From Macrostomum lignano (lineage: Eukaryota): a stretch of 64,000 nucleotides of DNA. Each line of letters opens with the position of its first letter. Positions within the stretch are counted from its first letter, which is position 1. Under the pieces are notes generated by a model that ran no database searches, had not been told where the DNA came from, and saw nothing but the letters and a program-made list of their open reading frames with translations. Of this stretch, positions 39,640 through 52,836 are shown piece after piece. The DNA is taken from positions 280,850-344,849 of the forward strand of contig NIVC01001128.1 of assembly GCA_002269645.1 (NCBI GenBank), in the 5' to 3' direction. Position numbers and translations under genes: made by a program.

Positions 39640-40310
39640 GATATTTAAGGGGCGGTTCTTAAGGAGATTTAGGGACGGTTCTTACGGAGATTTAGGAGCG
39701 ATTCTCAAGGAGATTTAGGGGAGATTCTTAGGGGGATTTAAGGAGCGGTTCTTAGGGAGATTTAGGGGAGATTCTTAGGGGGATTTAAGGAGCGGTTCTT
39801 AGGGAGATTTAGGAGAGATTCTTAGGGAGATTTAAGGAGCGGTTCTTAGGGAGATTTAGGGGAGATTCTTAGGGGGATTTAAGGAGCGGTTCTTAGGGAG
39901 ATTTAGGGGAGATTCTTAGGGGGATTTAAGGAGCGGTTCTTAGGGAGATTTAGGGGAGATTCTTAGGGGGATTTAAGGAGCGGTTCTTAGGGAGATTTAG
40001 GAGAGATTCTTAGGGAGATTTAAGGAGCGGTGCTTGGGGAGATTTAGGGGATATTCTTAGGGAGATTTAAGGAGGGTTCTTAGGGAGATTTAGGGGAGAT
40101 TCTTAGGGAGATTTAGGGACGGTTCTTAGGGAGAATTAGGGACGGTTCTTACGGAGATTTAGGGGCGGTTCTTAGGGAGAATTAGGGACGGTTCTTACGA
40201 ATATTTAGGGACAGTTCTTACGGGATTTAGGGACGAGTCTAAGGGAGATTTTGGGGCGGTTATTAGAGAATTTTAGGCGCGTTTCTTGGGGATATTTAAG
40301 GAGCAGTTTT
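39640..40310. repeat. 47-bp higher-order repeat with three TTAGGG per unit
   Basis: Unit TTCTTAGGGAGATTTAGGGGAGATTCTTAGGGGGATTTAAGGAGCGG (23+24-bp subunits). Confidence 0.93.
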
Positions 40311-40796
40311 TGTGCAGACTTAAGGGTAATTTGCATTCATATAACATGTGCATAAGATAAAATATCTAAGCTGTATATTGTCCTAAAATATTTTAATTAT
40401 AAACCCAACAAGTTGGAGCTACTGTTAAATTTATAGTGTCTGATAATATAACTAGATTTTTGCAATGCACTTGAGTTTTAGATTTTAACTATTTGAGACG
40501 TCAAAATGCACTGTGATAGGCGCATTTTAATCTTTTCCTTAGGGATAGCCAATTGACACCAAGAAGTAGTTCAACATTATATAGCATCGCAGTAATTGTA
40601 TTTACACAAAGCTTATTACGGCGACTGATAGTGATAAACTATACTTTACAAGGTGAAAGGCATTTGCATGTATAAACACGCGTAAATAGCAACCAGATTC
40701 TAGAAAATACGCACTTATTAATAACTATGCAATAAAAAAAAACTTAGGAGATATAACTTCTAATAAGAAAATTGATTATCTACAGAAAATTCTTGT

Positions 40797-41388
40797 GAAG
40801 GGGTGGCAGCTCAGGCCACTGAAGGATCAGAGGGGTGGCAGCTCAGGCCACTGAAGGATCAGAGGGGTGGCAGCTCAAGCCACTGAAGGATCAGAGGGGT
40901 GGCAGCTCAGGCCTCTGAAGGATCAGAGGGGTGGCAGCTCAGGCCACTGAAGAATCAGAGGGGTGGCAGTTCAGGCCACTGAAGGATCAGAGGGGTGGCA
41001 GCTCAGGCTACTGAAGGATCAGAGGGGTGGCAGCTCAGGCCACTGAAGGATCAGAGGGGTGGCAGCTCAGGCCACTTAAGGATCAGAGGGGTGGCAGCTC
41101 AGGCCACTGAAGGATCAGAGGGGTGGCAGCTCAGGCCACTGAAGAATCAGAGGGGTGGCAGCTCAGGCCACTGAAGAATCAGAGGGGTGGCAGCTCAGGC
41201 CACTGAAGAATCAGAGGGGTGGCAGCTCAGGCCACTGAAGGATCAGAGGGGTGGCAGCTCAGGCCACTGAAGGATCAGAGGGGTGGCAGCTCAGGCCACT
41301 GAAGGATCAGAGGGGTGGCAGCTCAGGCCACTGAAGGATCAGAGGGGTGGCAGCTCAGGCTACTGAAGGATCAGAGGGGTGGCAGCTT
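40797..41388. repeat. 32-bp minisatellite, about 18 copies, 3' of the klu-like gene
   Basis: Unit GGGTGGCAGCTCAGGCCACTGAAGGATCAGAG. Confidence 0.97.
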
Positions 41389-41494
41389 CCACAGATAATC
41401 TAAGGATCAAGAACTGACTGACAGATCTCAGTCATAGCGGCCATAGCAGCACCCAAACAAAAGATTTATTTCAGTCAAAAAACCATGCCTGCCA

Positions 41495-44494
41495 TCAGCG
41501 AGTGCTGGAACGCAACGATTCGAAAACGCCACTAGCAGCGGTTGAAGGCAGAGAAATTTGAGCACGCTGCTCATTAACAGGGCGACTACGCGTAGCTGCT
41601 ATCGAATCCGATTTGGCGTCAGCGAAGCCTTCGCCAGCCTGGCGGTGAATGGTCCGCCTATGCCTGGTGACCATGTCGCCTCGACTGGCCGAGTAGCTGC
41701 ACTGGCCGCAGGAAAACGGCTTCTCACCCGTGTGCTTGCGTCTGTGCGTTGCCAGGTGGTCAGATCTGCGGACGGGCGTTGAAATATGATCGGTCATCGC
41801 CCTCTGTGTCTGTTTATCATGATCGGTCATTACCCTCTGTGTCTATTTATCATGATCGGTCATCGCCCTCTGTTTCTGTTTATCATGACCGGTCATCGCC
41901 CTTTGTGTTTATTTGTCACGATCGGTCATCACCCTTTGTGTCTATTTGTCACGATCGGTCATCACCCTGTGTCTATTTGTCACGATTGGTCATCGCCCTG
42001 TGTCTATTTGTCACGATTGGTCATCGCCCTGTGTCTATTTGTCACGATCGGTCATCACCCTTTGTGTCTATTTGTCACGATCGGTCATCGCCATTTGTGT
42101 CTATTTATCATGATCGGTCATCGCCCTCTATTTCTGTTTATCATGATCGGTCATCGTTCTCTGTGTCTATTTATCATGATCGGTCATCGCCCTTTGTGTC
42201 TATTTATCATGATCGGTCATCACCTTCTGTGTCTGTTTATCATGATCGGTCATCGCCCTCTGTGTCTATTTATCATGATCGGTCATCACCTTCTGTGTCT
42301 GTTTATCATGATCGGTCATCGTTTTTTGTGTCTATTTATCATGATCGGTCATCGCCCTCTATTTCTGTTTATCATGATCGGTCATCGCCCTCTATTTCTG
42401 TTTATCATGATCGGTCATCGCCATTTGTGTCTATTTATCATGATCGGTCATTACCCTCTGTGTCTATTTATTATGATCGGTCCTCGCCTATCTACTCTTA
42501 CAATACTATGATCGGTCATTGCCCACTTATACCAAGTTGGTCATTCATTTACAATCTTAATCCCAGCCTCATTTCTGAGAAATAATAAAGTTTGATAATT
42601 TATTGTGGCCCAGATGCATGAATGAATGCAGTTGCGAGGTCAACTGAGGTCAATATTTGTCATCATTGGTAGGAACTGAGTGTGTAATAAAATCCAAAAC
42701 AAATTTTCATCCCTACAATAGGCTGCACCGATATTAAGGTCAAATTCCATTCAGTTTAACCTTTGCCCCAAAAGGCTTTTCATCCCAGCAAATCAAAGGT
42801 CAGGCAGACAGAACAGTTTGGTTGCACTGAACCAAAATCATTAGCTCACAATTTGAACTACGAGAGCGCACTGTTTTAAACTGATCCGTTGCAACGCGGT
42901 TACAATGCCTGACCTTTGTCTAACCTTTATTTACCTATGATAAATATACACTAGAAGGGTATGGGAGCTAACAATTAAAATGCTCCGTCTCCTTCCCAAC
43001 CTCAGTCGGTGTAGAAGCAGTTAAGATCAGCCGTGTTGAGTCATTGTCGCCCCCCCCCCCCAATTGCCGGCTCTTTACAAAAAAGAAACTGGTTGACTCT
43101 TTACTTGGCAACTCCACTAGGAAGTAAAGGAAGTACTAGGAACTAAGTAGCGCACTATGTATGAGATGGGCATGGCCTAACAGAATGAAACTAGCTGGTG
43201 ATAAATCAAACTGATCTACGTCAGCAATATTCCTAAATTATATTTTTTATATTATAAATTTGTAGAGTATTTCAAGTAAGTTTTCTATAAAGAAGCACAA
43301 CACCCTATTATTGCCACTAATGCTGTTGTTTACATTTTCAAATGCAAACTTTAAATTGTGGGATTAAAATAGCTCGTATAAACATACGAGCTAAAGTCGA
43401 TTAAAAACACAAAAATTAACTTGAGAATGAAGGGTAGCGCCTACTCAGATTTGATAAAGGGTAGCGCCTACTCAGATTTGATAAAGGGTAGCGCCTACTC
43501 AGATTTGATAAAGGGTAGCGCCTACTCAGATTTGATAAAGGGTAGCGCCTACTCAGATTTGATAAAGGGTAGCGCCTACTCAGATTTGATAAAGGGTAGC
43601 GCCTACTCAGATCTCATCAAGGGTGGCGCCTACTCAGATTCGATGAAGGGTAGCGCCTACTCAGATTCGATGAAGGGTAGCGCCTACTCAGATTCGATGA
43701 AAGGTAGCGCCTACTCAGATTTGATAAAGGGTAGCGTCTACTCAGATCTCATCAAGGGTGAGCCTACTCAGATTTGATAAAGGGTAGCGCCTACTCAGAT
43801 TTGATAAAGGGTAGCGTCTACTCAGATCTCATCAAGGGTGAGCCTACTCAGATTTGATAAAGGGTAGCGTCTACTCAGATCTCATCAAGGGTGAGCCTAC
43901 TCAGATTTGATAAAGGGTAAGCGCCAATCAAAATAACAGAATGACAAGCACTAATTTGTTCACATCAATAATTATACACTTAACTGAGAAGCCTCACCTA
44001 GCAAAAGCCTGACCGCACTCCTCACAGAGGTAGTCACGTCGACCAGAATGACTTCGGGCGTGCCTCCGAAGCAAATCGCTGCGTTGAAATCTACGACCGC
44101 AGACGTTGCACGGCCACCAACGCGGCGACCGTCTTGTCGGTGGAGACATCGAGGCGACTGCACTAGCAGAGGGCGAGGCGGCCATCTTTGAAGCGTCTGG
44201 CCAAGAAGAAGCGCTTTGCGACAGACGGGAAGGCAAACTCGGAGATTGAGAAGAAAATAAGGAACTAGAAGGAAAAAACGCAGTAGACGATGGAGAGACT
44301 GTAATGTAAGTTGGCGACGACTGGCACACTTGAGAATGCAAACTATCGACGGTGGCAACAACGTCGCTGCGATGTTGATGCGGCTGCTGCTGCTGAAGGT
44401 GAGGGTGATTGGAGACGGAGCTGCCACTGCTGCGCAGCAGATACCGATGGCACAGTCGCTTTTTGAAGCATGTCGCTCGCAGCTGAGGCTCCAT
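41495..44494 (-). CDS. klu: Klumpfuss-like (WT1/EGR-related) 3x C2H2 zinc-finger transcription factor, about 255 aa, 2 exons
   Basis: Exons 44494-43998 and 41765-41495 (phase 2). Fingers [42 protein letters not shown] and [22 protein letters not shown] resemble the Klu fingers (RSDMLTRH / RSDHLSTH / YAACRRDMITRH) as I recall them. Confidence 0.8.
41787..42520. repeat. 33-bp minisatellite at the 3' end of the klu intron
   Basis: Unit TCATGATCGGTCATCGCCCTCTGTGTCTATTTA. Confidence 0.95.
43428..43920. repeat. 27-bp minisatellite at the 5' end of the klu intron
   Basis: Unit AAGGGTAGCGCCTACTCAGATTTGATA. Confidence 0.96.
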
Positions 44495-45677
44495 AATTTA
44501 TATTAAATTCCGTTAAAAATGGATTAATCTAAACATTTAAACAATCTAAACATAATCTATTTATACACAGCATTGATCCACAGCTTCATTATTTAGAATA
44601 ATTTGATCAACTACCAGATCGCTGATTGGCTGATCAGTGCTAATGGTATCAAGCAGGGTAATTCACCCAGTATATTGTATAAGCTTGCTGCTAAAAATAC
44701 GACACTCAATGTGGCAAACACGTGCACAGTACACAATAGTGCGATGCAATAGCGAGTTAAAATTCCAAATTGACTACTTCAGACATTTGAAATGCTGAGT
44801 AGCATCTAACAAAATCTCTATTAAAATAAGTTAACAAATGGCATCCAATCATATGGTGCATGTTTAGACTGGTGGCACAGCAAAGAGATTGTCATGGGAA
44901 AGAATAGTTTAGCTTAGCAATAAATGTGTCTGACTTTTACTTCATGACCCCTTGGTTTGATTCTACTATGTGTGGCCACATTCATTTGGGCTTGTGTGCA
45001 CAAAAATTGGCTAGGGGATGTCATGCCATTTACAAACATGAGGACCAACCCCCCTAGGAAAGGAGTGTACATGCTTGAAGATAAGAAAGTCAGGGTCACT
45101 GTACACCGTGTGTGAGCATGTGTATATATGCATGCCTACATACAGCTCAAGAGCCAGTGGAATAGGCAGAATTGCCTCAGGGTTCTTGCAACCCACCTGC
45201 AAATAATATTAGTAAGATTTTGGCATGTATATATTGTGGCACTAATGCATCAAGTGTGTAGGACATTCCATAATTTTAATAATTATTCTTTTCTATATAA
45301 GATTAGTAAGTCTTTATCATTTTACTAGTTTATTTTTTACATAAAACTATTCAAATTTCTAACTAAACAAAATTATTCTATTAAGGTATTAAGAAAAACT
45401 TTGCAACATTTAAGCTATTTGAAAAATGTTTTAAAATGCTTTGTAATAAAAAAATGCTATAAATTTACTCAGCAATTCATTTTAGGATCATTATTTAGAT
45501 ATTTACTTTTTATTTTTGATAAAGATACTATTCAAGCTTTGCAATGTAAGGTTTATGTGAAAAAAAGATTTAAAAGCTAAGAAAAATTAAATGATATATT
45601 CTTACTTTTTATTCCCTTTTTTTAATAAATATTAGTTATACCTACTGATTAACATTTTAATTTTAGTATATGGATTT

Positions 45678-46372
45678 TTCTATTATAATAAGAAAGACAA
45701 GCTGTTGAAACCCGCGGATTTTGAACCCGGGGAATTCCAATCCCCGGAACTACTTTTGCATGTATTCTGAAATCTAAGGCCATACACAAACAAATTAATG
45801 TTAGTAGGATAGAGGTAGACATAAAATGGAGCACATTTGTGTAAAATTAGGGTTTGAGGCAAACATTGATATTGTTTGCTGGGGTACTCCACAGAATGCC
45901 AGGCAATGTCTGTCTGACTCTAAAACATGTATTGGCAAACTCTGGCCTCTCCCTGACTCTCCCTATGTCCCTTGGATCCTTTAAAATTTCTATCGTCTCT
46001 CTGTTTCCTTTCTTCTCTCTCATCCCTTGTCTCTCGTCTCTCCTCTCTCCTCTCTTCTCTCGTATCTTCCCTCATCTCTCTTCTCTTTCATCTCTCTTGT
46101 CTCATCTCTTCCCTCTTCTTTTCTCTCTCCTCTCCTCTCTCCCCCTCTTCTCTCGTCTCTTCCTTGTCCTCTCTATTCTTTTCTCTCTTCTCTTAACTCT
46201 CTCCTCTACTCTCTCATCTCTCCTCTCTACTCTTTCCTCTCTCTCTCCTCTCTCCCCTCGTCGCTCGTCTCTTCCCTCACCTCTCTTCTCTCTCGTCCGC
46301 TCTTTCATCTCTCCTTTCTCTTCTTTTATCTTTTCTCTCTTATCTCTTCTCATTTCTCTCTGCTCTGCGCTT

Positions 46373-46437
<65 letters not shown>

Positions 46438-49434
46438 TCTCTCTACTCTCTCCCCTCTTCATTCTCCTATTTCTTCTTCTCTCTCCCTGTCTCTCCTCTC
46501 TCCTCTAGTCTCTGTAATATCTTCTCTCTTATCTCTCCTCTGTTCTCTCTACTCTCCCATCTCTCGTCTGTTCATCTGCTCTCTTATCTGTCATCTTTAC
46601 TCTCTTATACGTTCTCTCACTTATCTCCTCTGTACTCTTCTCTTTCACCTCTTCTGACTCCTCTCTTTCCTTACTCCTTTCTTCTTTTCTCTTCCCTCTT
46701 CTATACTCTCTCTCGTCTCTCTGCACTCTCCTCTCACCTTTTTCACCTGTCTCATCTCTACAATCTCATCTCTTTCCTCTCTCCTCCTCCCTTTACTCTC
46801 TCATCTCTCCTTTCTCCCCTCTTCTTTCACCACTCTCTTATCTCTATCTCTTCTCTTCTCACTTCTCTCTCCCCCTCTTATCTCCTCTCTTCTCTATTCT
46901 TTCTACTCTCTCCTCTCCTCTTGACCCTCTGTCATCTTCTTTCTGCTCTCTCATCTCTACTCTCTTCTCAATCTTCTCTACTCTCCTCTCTCATTGATCC
47001 TCTGTCTTATCTCTCCCCTCTTCTCACCTTTACTCTTTCCTCTCCTTCCTTTCTCCCCTCCTCTCGCTTCTTCCTCCCTTCTTCTCTGCTCTCTCCTCAC
47101 CACTTTTCCTTTTCACTCTCATCTGGCCCACAGCCATGAGCTGGATTCTTTATCTGGCCTTTGAGATAAAAATCTGCCAATCCCTGCTTCGAAAGTACTA
47201 TCATGGGGACCTTTGAAACTTCGCAATAGCAATCCGGCCCTCGGGTCCTTTGAAACTTCACAATAGCAATCCGGCCCTTGTGGGACGTAGTACTATCATG
47301 GTTGTTATAATTTCTCATGCTTTAATCACGTCATCTTTCTGGCCAATTAGCAGCCCTGAGAGGAATTTGTGTATCTCCATTCTCCAGCTCCACCACTACA
47401 GTCTGCAGCAGTCTAACAACCAAGGAAATACGCATTTCTTAGGAGGCCATTTAAATTTTAAAGTTATCTTATGCGAATCTTAATGTTAAAATTTTGATGG
47501 TGTAACTAATTTAGTAGGATTGCATTGTAATCAGTTATTCATTAATTTTTCGCTATTTTTACAAACCATCCCACATCGCCTTGATTTGCCATCCTTGTTT
47601 AATTGCTGCGACTTGTCTATACAGAGGACAGTAGTTTGAAATTGAATCTCTCGCTAAACTCTCTCCTCTCCACGCCTCTCCACTCGCGGGGGTGCAGAGA
47701 AGGCTATTAAAAAGTTATTCCAAAACACTGTACATTCGCTATGTACATTGAGCCCTATCGCCTGATCCTTCGTCTGGGGGAATGAGTTGGATGAGCGGCA
47801 AACAACAGAAAAAGCAGACAAACTTCACATGCTTATAGTTTCTGTCCTAATTAGGATACAGAGTTGAAACTTAACATTTAGATAGAGAATGAGTCAATGA
47901 AGAATTGTGTCAAGTTTGAATTCAATCGCTTCATGTGGAGCAAACTTATGACAGCCGAAAGTTAGTCTATTTTAAAACCTTTTCCACATCTCGCCAGATA
48001 AGGGAGAGAGAGAGGCGGAGGTTGGGGTGGCTGCCTCTCCTGCTCATATTCTCTGCAGGCTCTCCTTAACCCCCTCGTCTCTCGCGTTATCTTCTATCGT
48101 TTCTCTTCGCCCCCTCTCGCCCCTACTCTCTTTCTATCTAATAGTCTATTCCTTTTCCTTTTAACTCTCATCTGGCCCGCAGGCGCAGCCATGGACTGGA
48201 TTCTTTATCTGGCCTTTGAGATAAAAATCTGCCAATCCCTGCTTCAAAAGCCAGTTTGTGGAATTGTGGGACATAGTACTCGCATGGCTGTTATCATTTC
48301 TTATCCTTTAATCACGTCATCTTTCTGGCCAATTAGCAGCCCTTAAGAGAAATTTGTGTATCCCCAGCTCCACCACCAAAGTCTGCACTCTGCAGCAGTC
48401 TAACAACCAAGGGAAATACGCATTTCTTAGGAGCCATTTAAATTTTAAAGTTACCTTATGCGAATTTTAATGTTGAAAGCTTCATGCTGTAACTAACTGA
48501 TTTAGTAGAATTGCATTGTAATCAGTTGTTATTCATTTATTTTTCGCTATTTTTACAAACCATCCCACCATTGTCTTGACTCTTGATTTGCCATCCACAG
48601 TTAAACTACTGCAGACTTGTCTATACAGAGGACAGTGGTTTGAATCTCTCGCTAAACTGTCTCTCCTCTCCACGCCTCTTTAATCGCAGTCGCGGGTACA
48701 GAGAAGGCTATTAAAAAGTTATTCCAAAACACTGTACACTCGCTATGTACATTGAGCCCTATCGCCTGACCCTTCGTCTGGCTCTGGGGGAATGAGTAAG
48801 TGAGTGGCACAAACAACAGAAAAAGCAGACAAACTTCACATGCTTACAGTTTCTGTTCTGATTGAGTTAGAGAGTTGAAACTTTACATTTAGACAGAGAA
48901 TGAATCAAAGAAGAATTGTGTTAAGTTAGAAGTCAATCGCTTCACGTGGAGCAAACTTATGGCAACCGAAAGTTAGGCATTTTAAAACCTGATTCACACC
49001 CTTTGCCCAGATCGGGAAAGAGGCAGGCGGGCGGAGGTTGGGGTGGCTGTCTTGCTGAAAAAAACAGCCTAACTTTAAAAGTGCACAGCGGCTTTCAGGA
49101 TTAACTTTGAGATTTGAAATTTTACACGATTGTGTCAAAATAGTTGAAAATTGCCTGTGTCAAATTTGAAAAGAATCGGTAGAAGTGGAGCAGCGCTATG
49201 GAGGATTTAGTGAAAAAATTGCGCATTTTGAGCAGTTTTTTGTACTTTTAGGTAGGAAGACTTGAGTCTAGGAAATTAAAAGGTAGCCTAAGACATTCTC
49301 CGTAGTAAGTTTAGGGTGGGTGTAAAGTTTGGTGTCATTTGGTTGAGCGGTTTGGGAGTCCATAGCGATCAAAATTGTCCACACACAGACACACACACAC
49401 AGAGTTTTGATTTTTATAGTTAGAGATAATAGAA
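45678..49434 (+). mobile_element. Possible composite non-autonomous Helitron/Helentron (HINE-like) element with an internal duplication of about 1 kb
   Basis: 5' TCTATTATAATAAGAAAG; CT tract; two about 900-bp direct copies (47103-48033 and 48152-49030); 3' AAGTTTGG...TTGAGCGGTTT...(CA)n...TTTTTATAGTTAGAGAT resembling HINE-type ends. Boundaries uncertain. Confidence 0.4.
45985..47102. repeat. About 1.1-kb polypyrimidine (CT-rich) low-complexity tract
   Basis: Directly visible. Confidence 0.97.
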
Positions 49435-49464
49435 AAAAAAATATAATAAAATAATTTTACTTTA

Positions 49465-49985
49465 ACCATAGTCAGGATCATGTCATGGTATACGCCGGAA
49501 TAAAAAGTCCTCTAAAAAATCTACGCCACTTCATATTGAAACATACGCTAAGGTCCTAGGAACTTACGCCAGGTTTTCTAGGCTTTGCAACAATAAATGA
49601 CCTTTTTTGCATTTTTTACACATTTTTTTAAGAATTTTAACAATAAAAATTTAATAAACGTGTGGTTTTCATTTAAAGTAAATTGGTTTGCAGATAATGC
49701 CAACAAAAATCAATTTTTTTTTATCTTACGAGTTTTATGGTTTTTATGATTTTATAATAAGATTCTAAGGTTACAGCATTATTTTAACAATTGTTAATAT
49801 TAACTTTGGCATGAAGGTTGGAGTTGGCATACACTGCTTGGCATATTTACCCCACGGCGTCATGCCAAAAGGTATGCCAAATATATTTTGCCTCATTTTT
49901 TATGCCAATTGTACACCAAAAAAAGTAAAATTTTCAATGGTATGCCAGAAATTTCCAGCGTAATGTATATCATCCTGACTATGGT
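49465..49985. mobile_element. About 520-bp MITE
   Basis: 14-bp perfect TIR ACCATAGTCAGGAT / ATCCTGACTATGGT; internal RGCATA/TATGCC repeats; no clear TSD. Confidence 0.7.
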
Positions 49986-50703
49986 ACTTCAATACATCAA
50001 TAAATTTGCATAGCATATATAGGAATCATTAAATATGACTTATATATTTCTTGATTGGTTTAAAATTTTTAAGGTACTTTAAATGCCTTTAGAAAGTATA
50101 ATATTACTAGTATATATACTTTTTATAGGGAATCAATATCAATAATATCAATATGATGTTAATATAAAATTACTTCAATTATAAATAGTTAAAGCCTATA
50201 TTAAAGTTAAATATAATCTAAAATATATTAAATGTCATCATTATAAAATCATTTTAAAAATAAAAAATTAGAATTACTAAAATAGCATTTAATACCAATT
50301 TATTAAGTCTAGTACTCTTGTTAATTAGTTAACTTTTTGTTTATATGAAAATGCTTGTTTGTATATTGTATAAATTGTAGACATTGTGAATTTGTATATA
50401 CTAGACTATTAATATACTTGTGTCAGTATCACTTTTTAATTTTACTACATTAAAAAATAAAAAATTAAAAAGCCTTTTCTTGTTGCAATAGGCTAGGCCC
50501 TACCTTATAGGCTCGTATCAAAAGCATGACTATTAGGCCTAGCCACACATTGCACATAGCATAACTTCTAGAGCAGCCATAAATGTTCTCATATGGACAG
50601 CACCTTCAGCCCTTTATAAGACTGTGGCTAGGCCCTAGGGCCTAGGCCTTACTAATAATATGATGTTGCAATATTAACTGATCTCACTAAATCAGAATAT
50701 AAT

Positions 50704-50968
50704 AGTTGGCAGATTTAGAGTTTCATTTTGGGGGGGGGTGTGGTCCAAGTTTGGGGTGCCGACATGAGTATAAGGGGCGCCAATGTTTAAGCTAAGGGGC
50801 GCAACAATGCGTGTACAGGGCGAAAAATCAAGCTTAGGGGCGCAAAAAAGACATTTAGATACGAAAAATCAAGTTTAGGGGGTGCAAATTTAGGTTTTGG
50901 GGGGGGCGCAATATGTTCTGTTAAGCTATTTTGGGGGCGGCCGCCCCCCCCCCCTAAATCCGCCCCTG
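50704..50968. mobile_element. GC-rich MITE with a CAGGGGCGGATTTAG-type end
   Basis: Right end CTAAATCCGCCCCTG; degenerate left end AGTTGGCAGATTTAG; internal GGGGCGC repeats. Confidence 0.55.
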
Positions 50969-52836
50969 GAATACAAGCCGCCTATATATATTGGATAGCT
51001 GGTCAGTGGTCAATAGTTAGGCCTGTCTTAATTGAAATCATAAATTAAAATTATTATAATAATAAATAGCCTTATTATTTATCATCGTTTAAAATCTCAC
51101 CAGAGTGACTGAACTCTTTAAACATTTTTACAATGCATTCTGAAAACCAGTAAACTGTACATCCACATGCATAGCGCTTTACGTTTTAGTTTTATGTAAT
51201 TGAAAATGGTATAATTTCGAAATCGGGAATTAAAATCACATGTGACCATAGTCTAAAAACAAATTTTGTATGCCAACGGCAAAGAGCTATATTTCAAAAC
51301 CGTTATAAAAACCTTTATTAGAAAATAAATCTTAATAAAAAAGATTAACCTTTCTTGAACAATTTAGAAACTTTAGTGAAATTAAATTAATATAGCTTGT
51401 TTAAGTATAGTATTTGTTCAGAAAAAACCGGATTTCTTTGCTTGACGTGGTTGCTTCGCAGTAATGAAAGACATATTCGCCTAAATTTATGAATAGTGTT
51501 TTTTAATGTAAAACAATATTACGAGCATCAGTTTGCATGCCCTGTGTAGTCAAGATTCCGAACACCAAACAATAACATTTAGATTATTGTATTCAGCCAA
51601 GAAAGTTCCGCGCAAACAACGCCTTCTATATTAGGAATTTAGACTTGCATAACATGACTATCCGAATTCTATTTTTAACAAAATTGTCTATAAAAAAAGC
51701 ACCAGGCACTCTATATACTTAATCCTAATTTTCCGAAACGAAATAAAAAAGAAGCACCGCCTTCACGCCCTCATTTTTTGAATTGGCTACAAGCTCACAC
51801 ACTGACCAATAAATCCAAGGAAATTAAGGCTGAACAACGGGGATCTCCCATAACAAACATTTCCAGGTTTAAGATTTCAGAAAAATACATCATAAGGGGG
51901 GGGGCGTAAATCGAAACTTTTTGTTGATTGTGACCAAAGGCTGATTTAACAAATACTTTAGTACTCCTAGTTTAACCACATGTACCTTTATAGCAATTGT
52001 TTTATTGGATGAAGATCTTGTACAGCTTAAATAAGTTCGATACGATAACAGCAACAGGGCGAAAATGCGCTTTGCAGAATTATAAAAGCCAGTATTTATA
52101 AAAGATTTGATAGCCAATAAAAACGAACAATTCGGTGTCAAATGTTCTGGTCGAGCCACATAGCAGTTGAAGCTATCGAAAGCTTTTTATTGCGTTCAAC
52201 AACTTTATGTTAATTTGATGTTATTCGTATAGACATTGATTCGCATAGACATTGAGACATTTCAATATTAATGTTGAAATTATTATTATTATTATCATTA
52301 AACATTAACAACTTTGCTAATGTAAAAATAACACAATCACAATTCCCCAAAAAGCTAGAACGCTATAGCAATTTAAGCTACTAGTTACATCAGTTAATAG
52401 TAAGTGATTAAGCCACACCCAAATTTAAACAAAAAAGTTCACTGGGTAGACGAGAGGGAGTTAGACGCAGAAACATACGACAAAAATGATTACGGTATGA
52501 CAGCGAAGTAAACTACGACAGCAAGGTCCTTAGTCCTAAGCTGTAGTATTTCCTCTAGCAACAATATTAAACAATGACCAACAAAAAATTGCGAAGTTTT
52601 CGGGTACCTACCAACTTGGACAGACGTCATTACAAAAGTTCCCGTTAGTAACTTACAGATAAATGCGATGTAACAACATTGTCTTATTATAGTAGTAAAA
52701 TTAGTCAGAAACCCATAATAGTAAAACTAACGATAGTGTTTTGTTGAAATCGGGATCATAGAAAATAGCTTAATTAAATTATAAAGTCCAATACGAGTAG
52801 TAAGAAGCATTTTCCTGGGGAGGGAGCGGAGTCAGT

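Noticed and set aside
39640-40310. Interstitial telomere
   Set aside because: TTAGGG hexamers are never contiguous; they are embedded in a 47-bp unit.
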